Positions 33,479 to 42,292 of a DNA stretch of 64,000 bases are shown in pieces. Position 1 is the stretch's first letter; every line of letters starts with the position of its first letter. A program made the translations under genes and the position numbers. Below the pieces are notes generated by a model. It was not told the origin of the DNA and did not search any database. It worked only from the letters and a program-made list of their open reading frames with translations. Source of the DNA: Bacteroidales bacterium (GTDB lineage: Bacteria; Bacteroidota; Bacteroidia; Bacteroidales; F082); the NCBI GenBank assembly GCA_024400395.1, contig JAKSMW010000004.1, positions 34,467-98,466 on the forward strand. Reading direction: 5' to 3'.

Positions 33479-36400
33479 ATGATGAAAAAGTTACTCTTTT
33501 TATTCGTAGCGATGGTCACGTCTGTAAGCCTTTGGGCGCAGGTGACATCATCAAACATCAGTGGTAAGGTGACAGGCACGAACAACGAGCCTCTTTCATT
33601 CTCAACCATTGTGGCAGTTAACACTGCGTCGGGTACCGAATATTCAGCGGTTGCTGATGAAGACGGTAACTATCGTTTGTCGAACGTCCGCGCTGGCGGT
33701 CCTTACACATTGCAGGTCCGTATGGTTGGTTACCATCCATTGGACGTGGAAGGTGTGTACGCGGCATTGGGCGAGACGAAGTACGTTAATATCACGATGA
33801 CGGAGGAGTCAGTCAGTCTTGACGCCGTCACCGTCACAGCCGAGGCAATCACCAACGGCATGAACAGTGAGCGCGCCGGCGCCACGACGGCTATTTCTTC
33901 GGATGAGATAGCACTTCTGCCGACGGTCACAAGAAATCTGAACGATGTCCTTTCGCTCACGCCACAGGCATCCGGCAACACAAGCGGTCTGGCAATCGGC
34001 GGTGGCAACTACCGTCAGTCGTATGTCACCGTTGACGGCGCCGCATTCAACAACGCCTTCGGCATTGGCAGCAACCTCCCGTCAGGGGGCAGCCCTATCT
34101 CACTCGACGCCCTTGAGGAGATGACAATCAACATCACTCCTTTCGATGTCCGTCAGAGCGGCTTCACGGGCGGCGCCATCAACGCCATCACGAAGAGCGG
34201 CACCAATGAATGGCACGCCACCGCGTACGACTACTACCAGAACAACGACTTCAAGGGATACAAGGTTGGTGATGAGGATATTCCGAACACGCACATGATC
34301 AACAACACGGTCGGTGCCAGTGTCGGCGGTCCTATCATCAAGGACAAGTTGTTCTTCTTCATCAATGCTGAATACACGAAGGACGAAGTCCCGGGTTCGT
34401 CGAGCATAGCACGTACCGACGAGTCACAGGATTTCGGTGACGACGTGCAGTACAACCGTCCTACAGAGACACAGATGACAGAGATCAAGAATTTCCTTTC
34501 GGAGAAATTCGGTTATAACCCGGGCCGCTACGGCAGCTTCCCTCTCTCAACACCTGACCACAAAATCATCGCTCGTATCGACTGGAACATCAACAAGAAC
34601 AACGACTTCATGGTCCGTTTCAGCAAGACACACGTGTCGCAGTCGAACAACCCGTCATCATCAATGAGCCCGCTCGGTTCGACAAACACTTCATTCAGTG
34701 TCGGTGGTGTTGACTACTCATTCAACAGATACAGCGAAGGCCGTCAGTCATCATACGCGCTTCCGTTCGAGAGCTCGCGCTACTTCCAGGAGCAGAACTT
34801 CCTCTCATTGGCAGCTGAGTTGAACTCTCGTATCGCAGGAGGCAGAGCAAACAACATGTTCCGTTTCACATGGTCACACCAGGACGAGCCACGTTCATTC
34901 GTCGGCGACCTCTTCCCGACAGTTGATATTTTGAGCACAGAAGGTTGCGACGAAGGCAGAACAGCCATGTTGACAACATTCGGCCCGGACCCGTTCACAC
35001 ACGGCAACTTACGTGACGTCCAGACAATCATCGGAACTGATGAAATGACATGGGGCAAAGGCATCAACAACTTCACGGCAGGTTTGCAGTTCGAGTGGAA
35101 CAGAACAAAGAACGGTTTCATGCAGGGCGGCGCAGGTTGGTACATCTATGATTCATGGGAGTCATTTGTCGATGACGTCAACGGCGGCCTTGGAGGTGCG
35201 AAACCTGTCCTTTACATGCTCACACACCCTAACAACAACGCTCTTTCACAGGAGTATCCTTCATTCGACTACAGTCAGGCTTCAGCATATTTCCAGGATG
35301 AGCTTCACATCAGCGACTTCTTCAAACTCACAGCCGGCCTCCGTATCGAAATGCCATTCCTGTCAAATCCTAACAACAACTTGAACAAGGACTTCGCAGA
35401 CGTGGCGGCAGCAAATCCGAATTCGTCTTTCGCTGGCCTCAGCACTGAAGATCTTCCGGACAACAGAGTGAACTTCTCACCAAGACTCGGTTTCAACTGT
35501 GACATTCTCGAGAACCGCAATCTCATCCTCCGCGGCGGTACAGGTATCTTCACGGGCCGTATCCCGTTCGTGTGGATGGTTTCCGCAATGGGTAACGCCA
35601 ACGTCCTTCAGAACCAGTACATTGCAAACGCAAAGACAGGTCTCGAAACAATCCACTTCCATCAGAGCGTCGCCGACCAGCTTCAGGAAATCTACGGCGG
35701 CACATTCCAGCAGAAAGACCTCGCAGCTCCGACAGCGGCTACAATCATTTCAAAAGACCTCATCATGCCATCAGCATGGAAGTCATCACTCGCAGTTGAC
35801 GGCAACCTCCCGTTCGGCATCAAGGGAACCCTCGAAGGTATCTACAGCTATAACTACAATGAGGTTTATGCAACACAGCTCGGCATCAAGAAAGCTGAAC
35901 AGGGCATCCTCCTCGCTGGCGAACATCAGGAACGCGAAGTTTGGGTGAGCGAAGGCATCAAGAATAAGGAAAATGCAACAATGGGCGGCTACTACCTCCA
36001 GAACATTGACAAGCACGGTAACTACTACTCAATCACAGCCCAGTTGAACAAGGAATTTGGATTCGGCCTCAACCTCATGGCAGCTTACACATACGCAAAA
36101 GGCAAGTCACTCAGCGATGGTACAGGCGACCAGATTTCAGAATTCGTCAACACATTCAACGTAAACGGCAGCAACACCCCGGAACTCGGCTATTCAAACT
36201 ACGTCGCTCCTAACCGCGTTCTCTTCAACGCCGGCTACAGAATCAACGAAGGCAGATACACTGCAACCAACCTCGGCCTCACATACGAAGGCTACAACAT
36301 CGGTTACTTCGGTGGTTATTCATACAGTAGAATTTCATACGTCATGAACAACATCAGCGGCACGTCGGCCAACCAGCTCCTCTACATCCCGACAGCGGAA

Positions 36401-36802
36401 GACCTCACACAAATGAACTTCGTTGATGAAGCCAACAAAGCTGAATATGTCAAATTCATCGAAGACGACAAATACCTCAGCTCACACCGCGGCGAATATG
36501 AGGAGAGAAACGCCATCATCGTTCCTTGGCTCAACAGAATCAACTTCCATGTTTCACAGGAATTCAACTTCTATGTCAACAACGGCACAAAGAAGAACAC
36601 ATTCGAAATCGCATGCGATGTCAAGAACATTGCGAACCTCCTCAACAACGAGTGGAGCAACTACCAGGTCTTGAACACGAACGTCGTCCTCAACTACGAT
36701 GCTGAAAACCAGATCTACAAGTTCACGAAACCGGAATGGAACGACTATGCAAACACAGTCTCAACATGGTCAATCTCATTGAGCGCACGTTATAAATTCT
36801 AA
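33479..36802 (+). CDS. TonB-dependent outer-membrane receptor with N-terminal carboxypeptidase-regulatory-like domain (Oar-like, no SusD partner)
   Basis: 1107 aa with a signal peptide. CarbopepD_reg-like ISGKVTGTNNEPLSFSTIVAV...DGNYRLSNVRAGGPYTLQV, followed by a plug region. Beta-barrel with terminal aromatic residue ...SARYKF. Confidence 0.85.
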   Translation: MMKKLLFLFVAMVTSVSLWAQVTSSNISGKVTGTNNEPLSFSTIVAVNTASGTEYSAVADEDGNYRLSNVRAGGPYTLQVRMVGYHPLDVEGVYAALGETKYVNITMTEESVSLDAVTVTAEAITNGMNSERAGATTAISSDEIALLPTVTRNLNDVLSLTPQASGNTSGLAIGGGNYRQSYVTVDGAAFNNAFGIGSNLPSGGSPISLDALEEMTINITPFDVRQSGFTGGAINAITKSGTNEWHATAYDYYQNNDFKGYKVGDEDIPNTHMINNTVGASVGGPIIKDKLFFFINAEYTKDEVPGSSSIARTDESQDFGDDVQYNRPTETQMTEIKNFLSEKFGYNPGRYGSFPLSTPDHKIIARIDWNINKNNDFMVRFSKTHVSQSNNPSSSMSPLGSTNTSFSVGGVDYSFNRYSEGRQSSYALPFESSRYFQEQNFLSLAAELNSRIAGGRANNMFRFTWSHQDEPRSFVGDLFPTVDILSTEGCDEGRTAMLTTFGPDPFTHGNLRDVQTIIGTDEMTWGKGINNFTAGLQFEWNRTKNGFMQGGAGWYIYDSWESFVDDVNGGLGGAKPVLYMLTHPNNNALSQEYPSFDYSQASAYFQDELHISDFFKLTAGLRIEMPFLSNPNNNLNKDFADVAAANPNSSFAGLSTEDLPDNRVNFSPRLGFNCDILENRNLILRGGTGIFTGRIPFVWMVSAMGNANVLQNQYIANAKTGLETIHFHQSVADQLQEIYGGTFQQKDLAAPTAATIISKDLIMPSAWKSSLAVDGNLPFGIKGTLEGIYSYNYNEVYATQLGIKKAEQGILLAGEHQEREVWVSEGIKNKENATMGGYYLQNIDKHGNYYSITAQLNKEFGFGLNLMAAYTYAKGKSLSDGTGDQISEFVNTFNVNGSNTPELGYSNYVAPNRVLFNAGYRINEGRYTATNLGLTYEGYNIGYFGGYSYSRISYVMNNISGTSANQLLYIPTAEDLTQMNFVDEANKAEYVKFIEDDKYLSSHRGEYEERNAIIVPWLNRINFHVSQEFNFYVNNGTKKNTFEIACDVKNIANLLNNEWSNYQVLNTNVVLNYDAENQIYKFTKPEWNDYANTVSTWSISLSARYKF

Positions 36803-36832
36803 TAAACGCCGCATTATGCGGAAAACAGAAAA

Positions 36833-36856
36833 GCACCTCGGAAGAGGTGCTTTTTT
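36833..36856 (+). terminator. Rho-independent terminator of the TonB-dependent receptor gene
   Basis: GCACCTC-ggaa-GAGGTGC followed by TTTTTT. Confidence 0.8.
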
Positions 36857-36868
36857 CATGTGCGAAAC

Positions 36869-36896
36869 CGGAGTCTGAAAATGGACTCCGTTTTTT
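36869..36896. terminator. Second hairpin terminator, probably the original terminator of the SGNH gene remnant
   Basis: CGGAGTC-tgaaaatg-GACTCCG followed by TTTTTT. It lies 10 nt from the stop of the minus-strand remnant. Confidence 0.6.
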
Positions 36897-36906
36897 ATGG
36901 AAGTTT

Positions 36907-37011
36907 TTAGAAATAACGTTTCACGGCATCACGCCATATCAGGTATCCTTTCCTGGTGAGGTGAAGCCCGTCGTTTGAGTAATTGATGTTCATCTCGCCT
37001 TCCGCATCGTT
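36907..37011 (-). pseudogene. 3' remnant of an SGNH/GDSL hydrolase gene
   Basis: The minus-strand translation between stops is NDAEGEMNINYSNDGLHLTRKGYLIWRDAVKRYF*. This is the block V DxxH motif (DGLH) plus the C-terminus of SGNH hydrolases. An in-frame TGA (37012-37014) and non-coding DNA replace the rest of the gene. Confidence 0.6.
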
Positions 37012-37121
37012 TCATATTACTCGAATTTTTCAGGCTGCGAATGTATAAAAAAATATATCTCCGCCGCCGGATTTTTTAATGTCTGAATTTATGGAGCCAA
37101 CGTCTATGGATGTTTAAGACG

Positions 37122-37210
37122 TTCCCTCACAAAAGTGTGATATTTGTTGGTTTATTCCCTCATAAAAATGTGATATTTGTTGGTTTATTCCCTCATAAAA
37201 ATGTAATAAT
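37122..37210. repeat. About 2.7 tandem copies of a 33-bp unit
   Basis: TTCCCTCA(C/T)AAAA(G/A)TGTGATATTTGTTGGTTTA repeats at 37122, 37155 and 37188 (the last copy is partial). Confidence 0.9.
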
Positions 37211-37263
37211 TTATTTTAAATCATTTAATATCAAATAATTATTTGTCATAATAAAAAAAATAG

Positions 37264-37271
37264 TATTTTTG
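37264..37271 (+). promoter_or_regulatory. -7 promoter box TATTTTTG
   Basis: Exact match, 17 nt before ATG 37289 (DUF4143-like ATPase). Confidence 0.55.
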
Positions 37272-37288
37272 CAGAAAAATATTTTATT

Positions 37289-38626
37289 ATGGAACGGAAA
37301 ATATTGGACGATTTGATTCTGTGGAAGACAAATCCGCATCACAAGCCACTTGTACTGCTTGGGGCGAGACAGGTTGGAAAGACTTATATTCTGAAGGAAT
37401 TCGGTCGGCGGGAATTTAAGAATCTCGTTTATGTGAATTGTCACAACAACGCCTTCGCTGAAAATCTGTTTTCTGATTTCAACACTGACAGGATACTGTA
37501 TCAGATTGAGCAGGCTTTTGAATGTCATATCACACCGGGTTCGACATTGCTTTTTTTCGATGAGATACAAGAAGTGAAAAATGGTGTTGCATCGCTCAAA
37601 TATTTCTGCGAAAACAAGCGTGGGTTGCATGTTGTCGTGGCGGGATCGTTGCTGGGCGTGAGTATGCGCAAAGACGAATCTTATCCTGTCGGGAAAGTTG
37701 ATGACCTCCGTATGTATCCGATGACTTTTCACGAATTTTTGCTTGCAAACGGCAGGAAGCAGCTTGCCGGTGCGCTTTTGGAAATGAAATGGGACACGCT
37801 TTTGATTCACCACGAGACCATGACCGAATATCTGCGCCAGTATTATTTTGTGGGCGGTATGCCTGAAGCCGTTCAGGAATGGGTGGCCACTCACGATGCG
37901 AAAAAGGTTCGTGGCATACAGCAAAGCATCATCTCGGCTTATTTGAAGGACATGGGCAAGCACACCAAGACCGATATACTGCGCATTCAGCAGGTGTGGA
38001 ACAGCGTGCCGATGCAATTGGCTAAGGAAAACAAGAAATTTATTTTCGGAGTAATCAGAAAAGGGGCGCGTGCCGCCGAGTTTGAGACGGCGATACAGTG
38101 GTTGCAGAATGCCGGGATAATATACAAAATAGAGCGGGTGAGTAATCCTGCGGAGCCGCTGAAGTTCTACGCCGACAGCTCCGCATTCAAGATTTACCTT
38201 CACGACCACGGGCTGCTGGCGTGCATGTCGGGGGCGCGTTCATCGGCCATGCTTATTGGAACGGACGTGTTTTCAGAGTTCAAGGGGGCGTTTACGGAAA
38301 ATTTTGTCCTTACTCAAATGAAATCGCTCGAAAAACACGACGATATGGAACGCAATATTTTTTATTTCAGCAAAGACGGCAGCACTCAGGAAATCGATTT
38401 TGTGGTGCAAGGCGCGGAGCGTGTGATTCCTGTCGAAGTGAAGGCTGAAGAGAACGTACACGCGAAATCGCTGCGTGCTTTTATTACAGATGACCATGCC
38501 GACAAAGCGTTGAAAGGTGTCCGTTTCAGCATGAAACCGTACATCGATCAGAATTGGATGGAGAACGTCCCGTTGTACGGAGCGGAAGCGTTTTTCGTCC
38601 GCAACGGCTTGGGATGTATAGGATAG
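37289..38626 (+). CDS. Orphan AAA+ ATPase (COG1373/DUF4143-like) with C-terminal PD-(D/E)xK-like motif
   Basis: Walker A LLGARQVGKT and Walker B TLLFFDEIQ. C-terminal QEIDFVVQGAERVIPVEVK gives D370...E383-x-K385 (nt 38396-38443). Confidence 0.8.
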   Translation: MERKILDDLILWKTNPHHKPLVLLGARQVGKTYILKEFGRREFKNLVYVNCHNNAFAENLFSDFNTDRILYQIEQAFECHITPGSTLLFFDEIQEVKNGVASLKYFCENKRGLHVVVAGSLLGVSMRKDESYPVGKVDDLRMYPMTFHEFLLANGRKQLAGALLEMKWDTLLIHHETMTEYLRQYYFVGGMPEAVQEWVATHDAKKVRGIQQSIISAYLKDMGKHTKTDILRIQQVWNSVPMQLAKENKKFIFGVIRKGARAAEFETAIQWLQNAGIIYKIERVSNPAEPLKFYADSSAFKIYLHDHGLLACMSGARSSAMLIGTDVFSEFKGAFTENFVLTQMKSLEKHDDMERNIFYFSKDGSTQEIDFVVQGAERVIPVEVKAEENVHAKSLRAFITDDHADKALKGVRFSMKPYIDQNWMENVPLYGAEAFFVRNGLGCIG

Positions 38627-38878
38627 AAAATCACAGGCAGATTTTTGTTTTTTGATTTTGAAGCCTGAACCGCCTGAACCTGCGTTGTTATACCGTAGTC
38701 GAAGTGAAATTCTGACAAAGTAGTGGTTTTGCAGCGTGAAATGGACGTTTGTTTTGTGCAATTGGATTTTTCGATTTCCCGTAACTATCGGATTTGTATG
38801 TGATTGCGAAGTGTGGAGTGTAATGTTTTTGCATCATGGTTTTTGAAAATTTTTTTAACGGATTTTTAGTTTTATGCT

Positions 38879-38886
38879 TACTTTTG
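38879..38886 (+). promoter_or_regulatory. -7 promoter box TACTTTTG
   Basis: Exact match, 42 nt before ATG 38929 (TPR-LuxR regulator). Confidence 0.55.
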
Positions 38887-38928
38887 CACTTTAAAATTTA
38901 GATAAAGTTCCATCAAATTAAGAGCAAA

Positions 38929-40638
38929 ATGAAAAGGGCACTCCTTATATTAATATTGATGTTGGCCGGCGTTTCAGGTCGGGCGCAGGAAGAAGAATTT
39001 TGTGTTCCGGATAGCTTGATGATGAGGCTGAAGGAGAATGAAAATGAAAACGCAGCGAGAGCCGAGGTGCTGTGTGAAGTATTATTCTATTTCAACAAAC
39101 ATCATAATGTTAAAAACTGTTACGACTATATAATTGACTTGTCAGAGATTTCAACTAAAATTGGCAGTTTATATTACAAAGCGGTTAGTGATTATTACAT
39201 GGGAGGTTACTATTGTGAACTTGAAAGATATGCTGATGCAATGATGTGTTTCAACAGTGGATTGAAGAGCCTTGAGACATTAAAAAACTCATCCAAAAAA
39301 CAAGAATTAAAATCACGGTTGTTTCTTGCTAAAAGTTATTGTTTGATGTTGTTAAACATGTATAATGATTCATACACCCAATTACAAAATGGATTCAAAA
39401 TAACAAATGATAATCCTGATTTACTCAAAATACATGTTGGTTTATTAACTAATGAAAGTGCCCTTCTTTACAATATGGGCAAGTCTAATGAATCATTTGT
39501 AATAATGAAGGATGCTATAGCCAAATGTAAAATGACAACAGCGAGTCCGTATAATCTTTACTATAACATAAGTGTTTATTACAACGATTGCGGTTTGTAT
39601 AACGAAGCTATCAAATATTGCGATTCATCTCAAATATTTTGCAGAAATGAGGATGATAGAATAAATAGCTTGATACATCGTGGAGATATATACGTCAATA
39701 TGCATTGTTTTGAAGACGCAGAGAAATATTATATGGATGTTATTGGAAACAAAGATGAGTTATCGAATATAAATCTCACAAATCTGTATAAAGGTATGTC
39801 AAATGTCAAATTCCAAATGAAAGATTACAACAGTTCTTTGGATTATATTAACTACGCTTTATCAATAGCATGTGAAAAACATTTTTTGAAGGAAGAATTA
39901 ATATGCTTTAACAGAAAAATAGAAATTTTAAGATTTTTAAAACGTCACGAAGAGGCTTTTGATGTTTTTGACCAATTCAACATGCTTAATGACAGCGTGA
40001 ACAGAATTTCGGATATCGAACAAATCGAATTGAACAAAGCCCAGCAGGAAGTCAGGCTGATGGAGGACAGACTCATTGTCGAGAAAGAAGCATCAAAGAT
40101 TAGGCAAAGAAATATTTTGATAATATCGGCATCATTGTTTGTCATCGTAATTGTGATTTTGCTGTCTGTTTATTCTGAAAAGAAAAGCAAGGAGAAATAT
40201 CTTTCTGACGAATTAAATTTGCGGAACAGAGAGATAACGTCGAAATCTATGAGTCAGATTCAGAACAATGAATTACTGACGGAAATCATTGAAAAACTTG
40301 AACGTCATGAAAGCAATCCCAAAGGAAGTGACAACATCAGGACTATTATAAAAGATTTGCAGAAAATGTTGAATGACGGAACCAAAAAAGACTTTGACTA
40401 TTATTTCGTACAGGTTCATCCGGAATTTTATGAAAAATTGCTTGCTGATTTCCCCAAGTTGACACAAAATGAGCTTAGGCTGTGCGCATACATAAAAGCT
40501 AACTTAAACATCAAGGATGTGGCCAATCTGACCAACGTAAGTTCTGAAAGTGTAAAGTCTGCACGGAAAAGATTGCGCAGACAACTTGGCATTGTAGGTG
40601 ATGACATATCTATAGTTGAATTCTTGTCAAAATACTGA
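38929..40638 (+). CDS. Transmembrane one-component regulator: periplasmic TPR-like domain, one TM helix, cytoplasmic LuxR-type HTH
   Basis: Signal peptide MKRALLILILMLAGVSGRAQ. TPR-like helical repeats. TM helix ILIISASLFVIVIVILLSVY. C-terminal LTQNELRLCAYIKANLNIKDVANLTNVSSESVKSARKRLRRQLG. Very AT-rich. Confidence 0.8.
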   Translation: MKRALLILILMLAGVSGRAQEEEFCVPDSLMMRLKENENENAARAEVLCEVLFYFNKHHNVKNCYDYIIDLSEISTKIGSLYYKAVSDYYMGGYYCELERYADAMMCFNSGLKSLETLKNSSKKQELKSRLFLAKSYCLMLLNMYNDSYTQLQNGFKITNDNPDLLKIHVGLLTNESALLYNMGKSNESFVIMKDAIAKCKMTTASPYNLYYNISVYYNDCGLYNEAIKYCDSSQIFCRNEDDRINSLIHRGDIYVNMHCFEDAEKYYMDVIGNKDELSNINLTNLYKGMSNVKFQMKDYNSSLDYINYALSIACEKHFLKEELICFNRKIEILRFLKRHEEAFDVFDQFNMLNDSVNRISDIEQIELNKAQQEVRLMEDRLIVEKEASKIRQRNILIISASLFVIVIVILLSVYSEKKSKEKYLSDELNLRNREITSKSMSQIQNNELLTEIIEKLERHESNPKGSDNIRTIIKDLQKMLNDGTKKDFDYYFVQVHPEFYEKLLADFPKLTQNELRLCAYIKANLNIKDVANLTNVSSESVKSARKRLRRQLGIVGDDISIVEFLSKY

Positions 40639-40659
40639 TTATCACAAATATATTGAAAT

Positions 40660-40710
40660 TTGCCCCCTAATTGCCCCCTGCTTTTCTTCCTTTGCCCCCT
40701 TTTGCCACGG
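40660..40710 (+). promoter_or_regulatory. Phased direct repeats TTGCCCCCT (three copies plus degenerate TTGCCAC), candidate activator operator
   Basis: Copies at 40660, 40671, 40692 and 40702, giving offsets of 11, 21 and 10 bp (helical phasing). They end 10 nt upstream of the TTGACA element. Confidence 0.45.
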
Positions 40711-40719
40711 GTGGAAATA

Positions 40720-40750
40720 TTGACAAAATTTTTATGGCGTTGTAATTTTG
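40720..40750 (+). promoter_or_regulatory. Promoter of the lipoprotein triad: TTGACA, 17 nt spacer, TAATTTTG
   Basis: TTGACA at 40720-40725 and an exact TAnnTTTG at 40743-40750. It lies upstream of 40887 and downstream of the phased TTGCCCCCT repeats. Confidence 0.5.
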
Positions 40751-40886
40751 CAGCGTAATTCAAAAATTAACGTGCAGAAATGCTTTAATTAAATTACACA
40801 ATGTAAAAAGTTTGTTGAATAATTAAAAACGGAGTAACCGAAAAGCCGATTAAGTGAGTAGGAGAAATTATCAAAATTTTTATGCG

Positions 40887-42281
40887 ATGAAAAGAATTCA
40901 AAGTATTGTTCTATGCATCATTACAATCATTGTATGTATGAGTTCATGCAAGAAAAACGAAACGCCGTCACCACAGACAACAAGTTTGACAATTGACGAG
41001 TCTGTTACTGTGGTTGTTGGCCAAACAGCAACTATCAAAGCAACCGTAGAACCCGCAAATGCTGCTATTACGTGGGAATCCAGTAATCCCGAAATCTGCA
41101 CTGTGGAAAATGGTGTCGTAACAGGTGTTTCAAAAGGTACAGCAATGGTTTCTGCAACCAGTGGTGAAATTCGCAAGGTTTGCAAGGTTATTGTCATAGA
41201 GAATCTTTACAATGTGACTTTAACTTTGAATGAAGTTGAAATAGGCACTTCGGGGGCAACTTATGATTGTGTTATTTCAGATGATCTTGCTTATTACTCG
41301 GTATCTTGTGTCCTAACATCAGAAATGGGAACCCAGGAAGAAATGATAGCCAAATCTATTGCAGAAATGGATGAATTGATTGCATTGTATGCTACTGCTG
41401 GTATGTCATATACCTATTCAGATTTCATGTTGCATGGTTCTCAACAACAAGTTTTCACCGGACTTAAACATCAAACTGATTACACTATTTATGCATTTGT
41501 TATGGATACTAATACAAAGGAAGTATATCTGTACGTCACATCAAGCTTTACAACTGAAGCCAATGCATCATATGCATTTTCGGTTGGACCAAATAAACAG
41601 ATCTGTTTCTCATCAGGCAATTTGCAATGTCAGCCATCTACGCAAACTTGGCGATTTGCAGCAAATCAGTACGATGTAATTGGTTCTGACAATTCAAACT
41701 GTTCAATGGATTATTCAGGTTGGATTGATTTGTTTGGATGGAGCACCTCGAGTACATATTATGGAATTTGCACTTCAGATAATGCACTTAATTATAATGG
41801 AGACTTTGTCGATTGGGGTAACGAAATGGGTGAAGAATGGTTTACATTGACAGACGATGAATTTGCATATATGACCTATGAGCGTTTAAATGCAGACCAA
41901 CTTTATGGAGCCGCATGTGTGAATGGAGTAAATGGTTGCGTTGTTTTACCAGATAGTTGGACATTGCCAGAAGGTGTAACCTTTACACCTGGTGGAGCTA
42001 TAGGATCAGGTAATGATAGTTTTGCCCAAGCTAACAATTATACCGTCGAACAATGGCAAATTATGGAATCAGCAGGTGCTGTGTTTTTACCCTGCCCAGG
42101 GACAAGGTTAGGAACAGATGTGTCTGATGTTCAATATGGCGGATTCTATTGGTCGTCATTAGGAGCTGGTGATTACTATGCAGGAGCTCTTCAAATCTCA
42201 TCATATGCGGGAATGGAACCATGGGCCTGCGACCGTCAGAACGGAAATGCTGTTCGCCTTGTTAGAGAAATGGTAAAATAA
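40887..42281 (+). CDS. Surface lipoprotein: Big_2 Ig-like domain + C-terminal lectin-like (DUF1566/FISUMP-related?) domain
   Basis: ATG 40887 gives MKRIQSIVLCIITIIVCMSSC (lipobox). Big_2 motif TATIKATVEPANAAITWESSNPEICTVENGVVTGVSKGTAMVSA. C-terminal half is FSVGPNKQICFSSGNLQ..WRFA..DLFGWSTS...AGAVFLP...NAVRLVRE. Confidence 0.7.
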   Translation: MKRIQSIVLCIITIIVCMSSCKKNETPSPQTTSLTIDESVTVVVGQTATIKATVEPANAAITWESSNPEICTVENGVVTGVSKGTAMVSATSGEIRKVCKVIVIENLYNVTLTLNEVEIGTSGATYDCVISDDLAYYSVSCVLTSEMGTQEEMIAKSIAEMDELIALYATAGMSYTYSDFMLHGSQQQVFTGLKHQTDYTIYAFVMDTNTKEVYLYVTSSFTTEANASYAFSVGPNKQICFSSGNLQCQPSTQTWRFAANQYDVIGSDNSNCSMDYSGWIDLFGWSTSSTYYGICTSDNALNYNGDFVDWGNEMGEEWFTLTDDEFAYMTYERLNADQLYGAACVNGVNGCVVLPDSWTLPEGVTFTPGGAIGSGNDSFAQANNYTVEQWQIMESAGAVFLPCPGTRLGTDVSDVQYGGFYWSSLGAGDYYAGALQISSYAGMEPWACDRQNGNAVRLVREMVK

Positions 42282-42292
42282 AACCAAGTGTC

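Noticed and set aside
37211-38209. 332-aa minus-strand ORF opposite the DUF4143-like ATPase gene.
   Set aside because: The plus-strand frame has clear Walker A/B and D..ExK motifs and a promoter. The minus ORF has none, and it begins in the upstream promoter region.
40428-40763. 111-aa minus-strand ORF across the LuxR gene end and the C-rich repeats.
   Set aside because: It is antisense to the HTH-coding region. Its Gly/Lys/Arg-rich part is the reverse translation of the TTGCCCCCT repeats.
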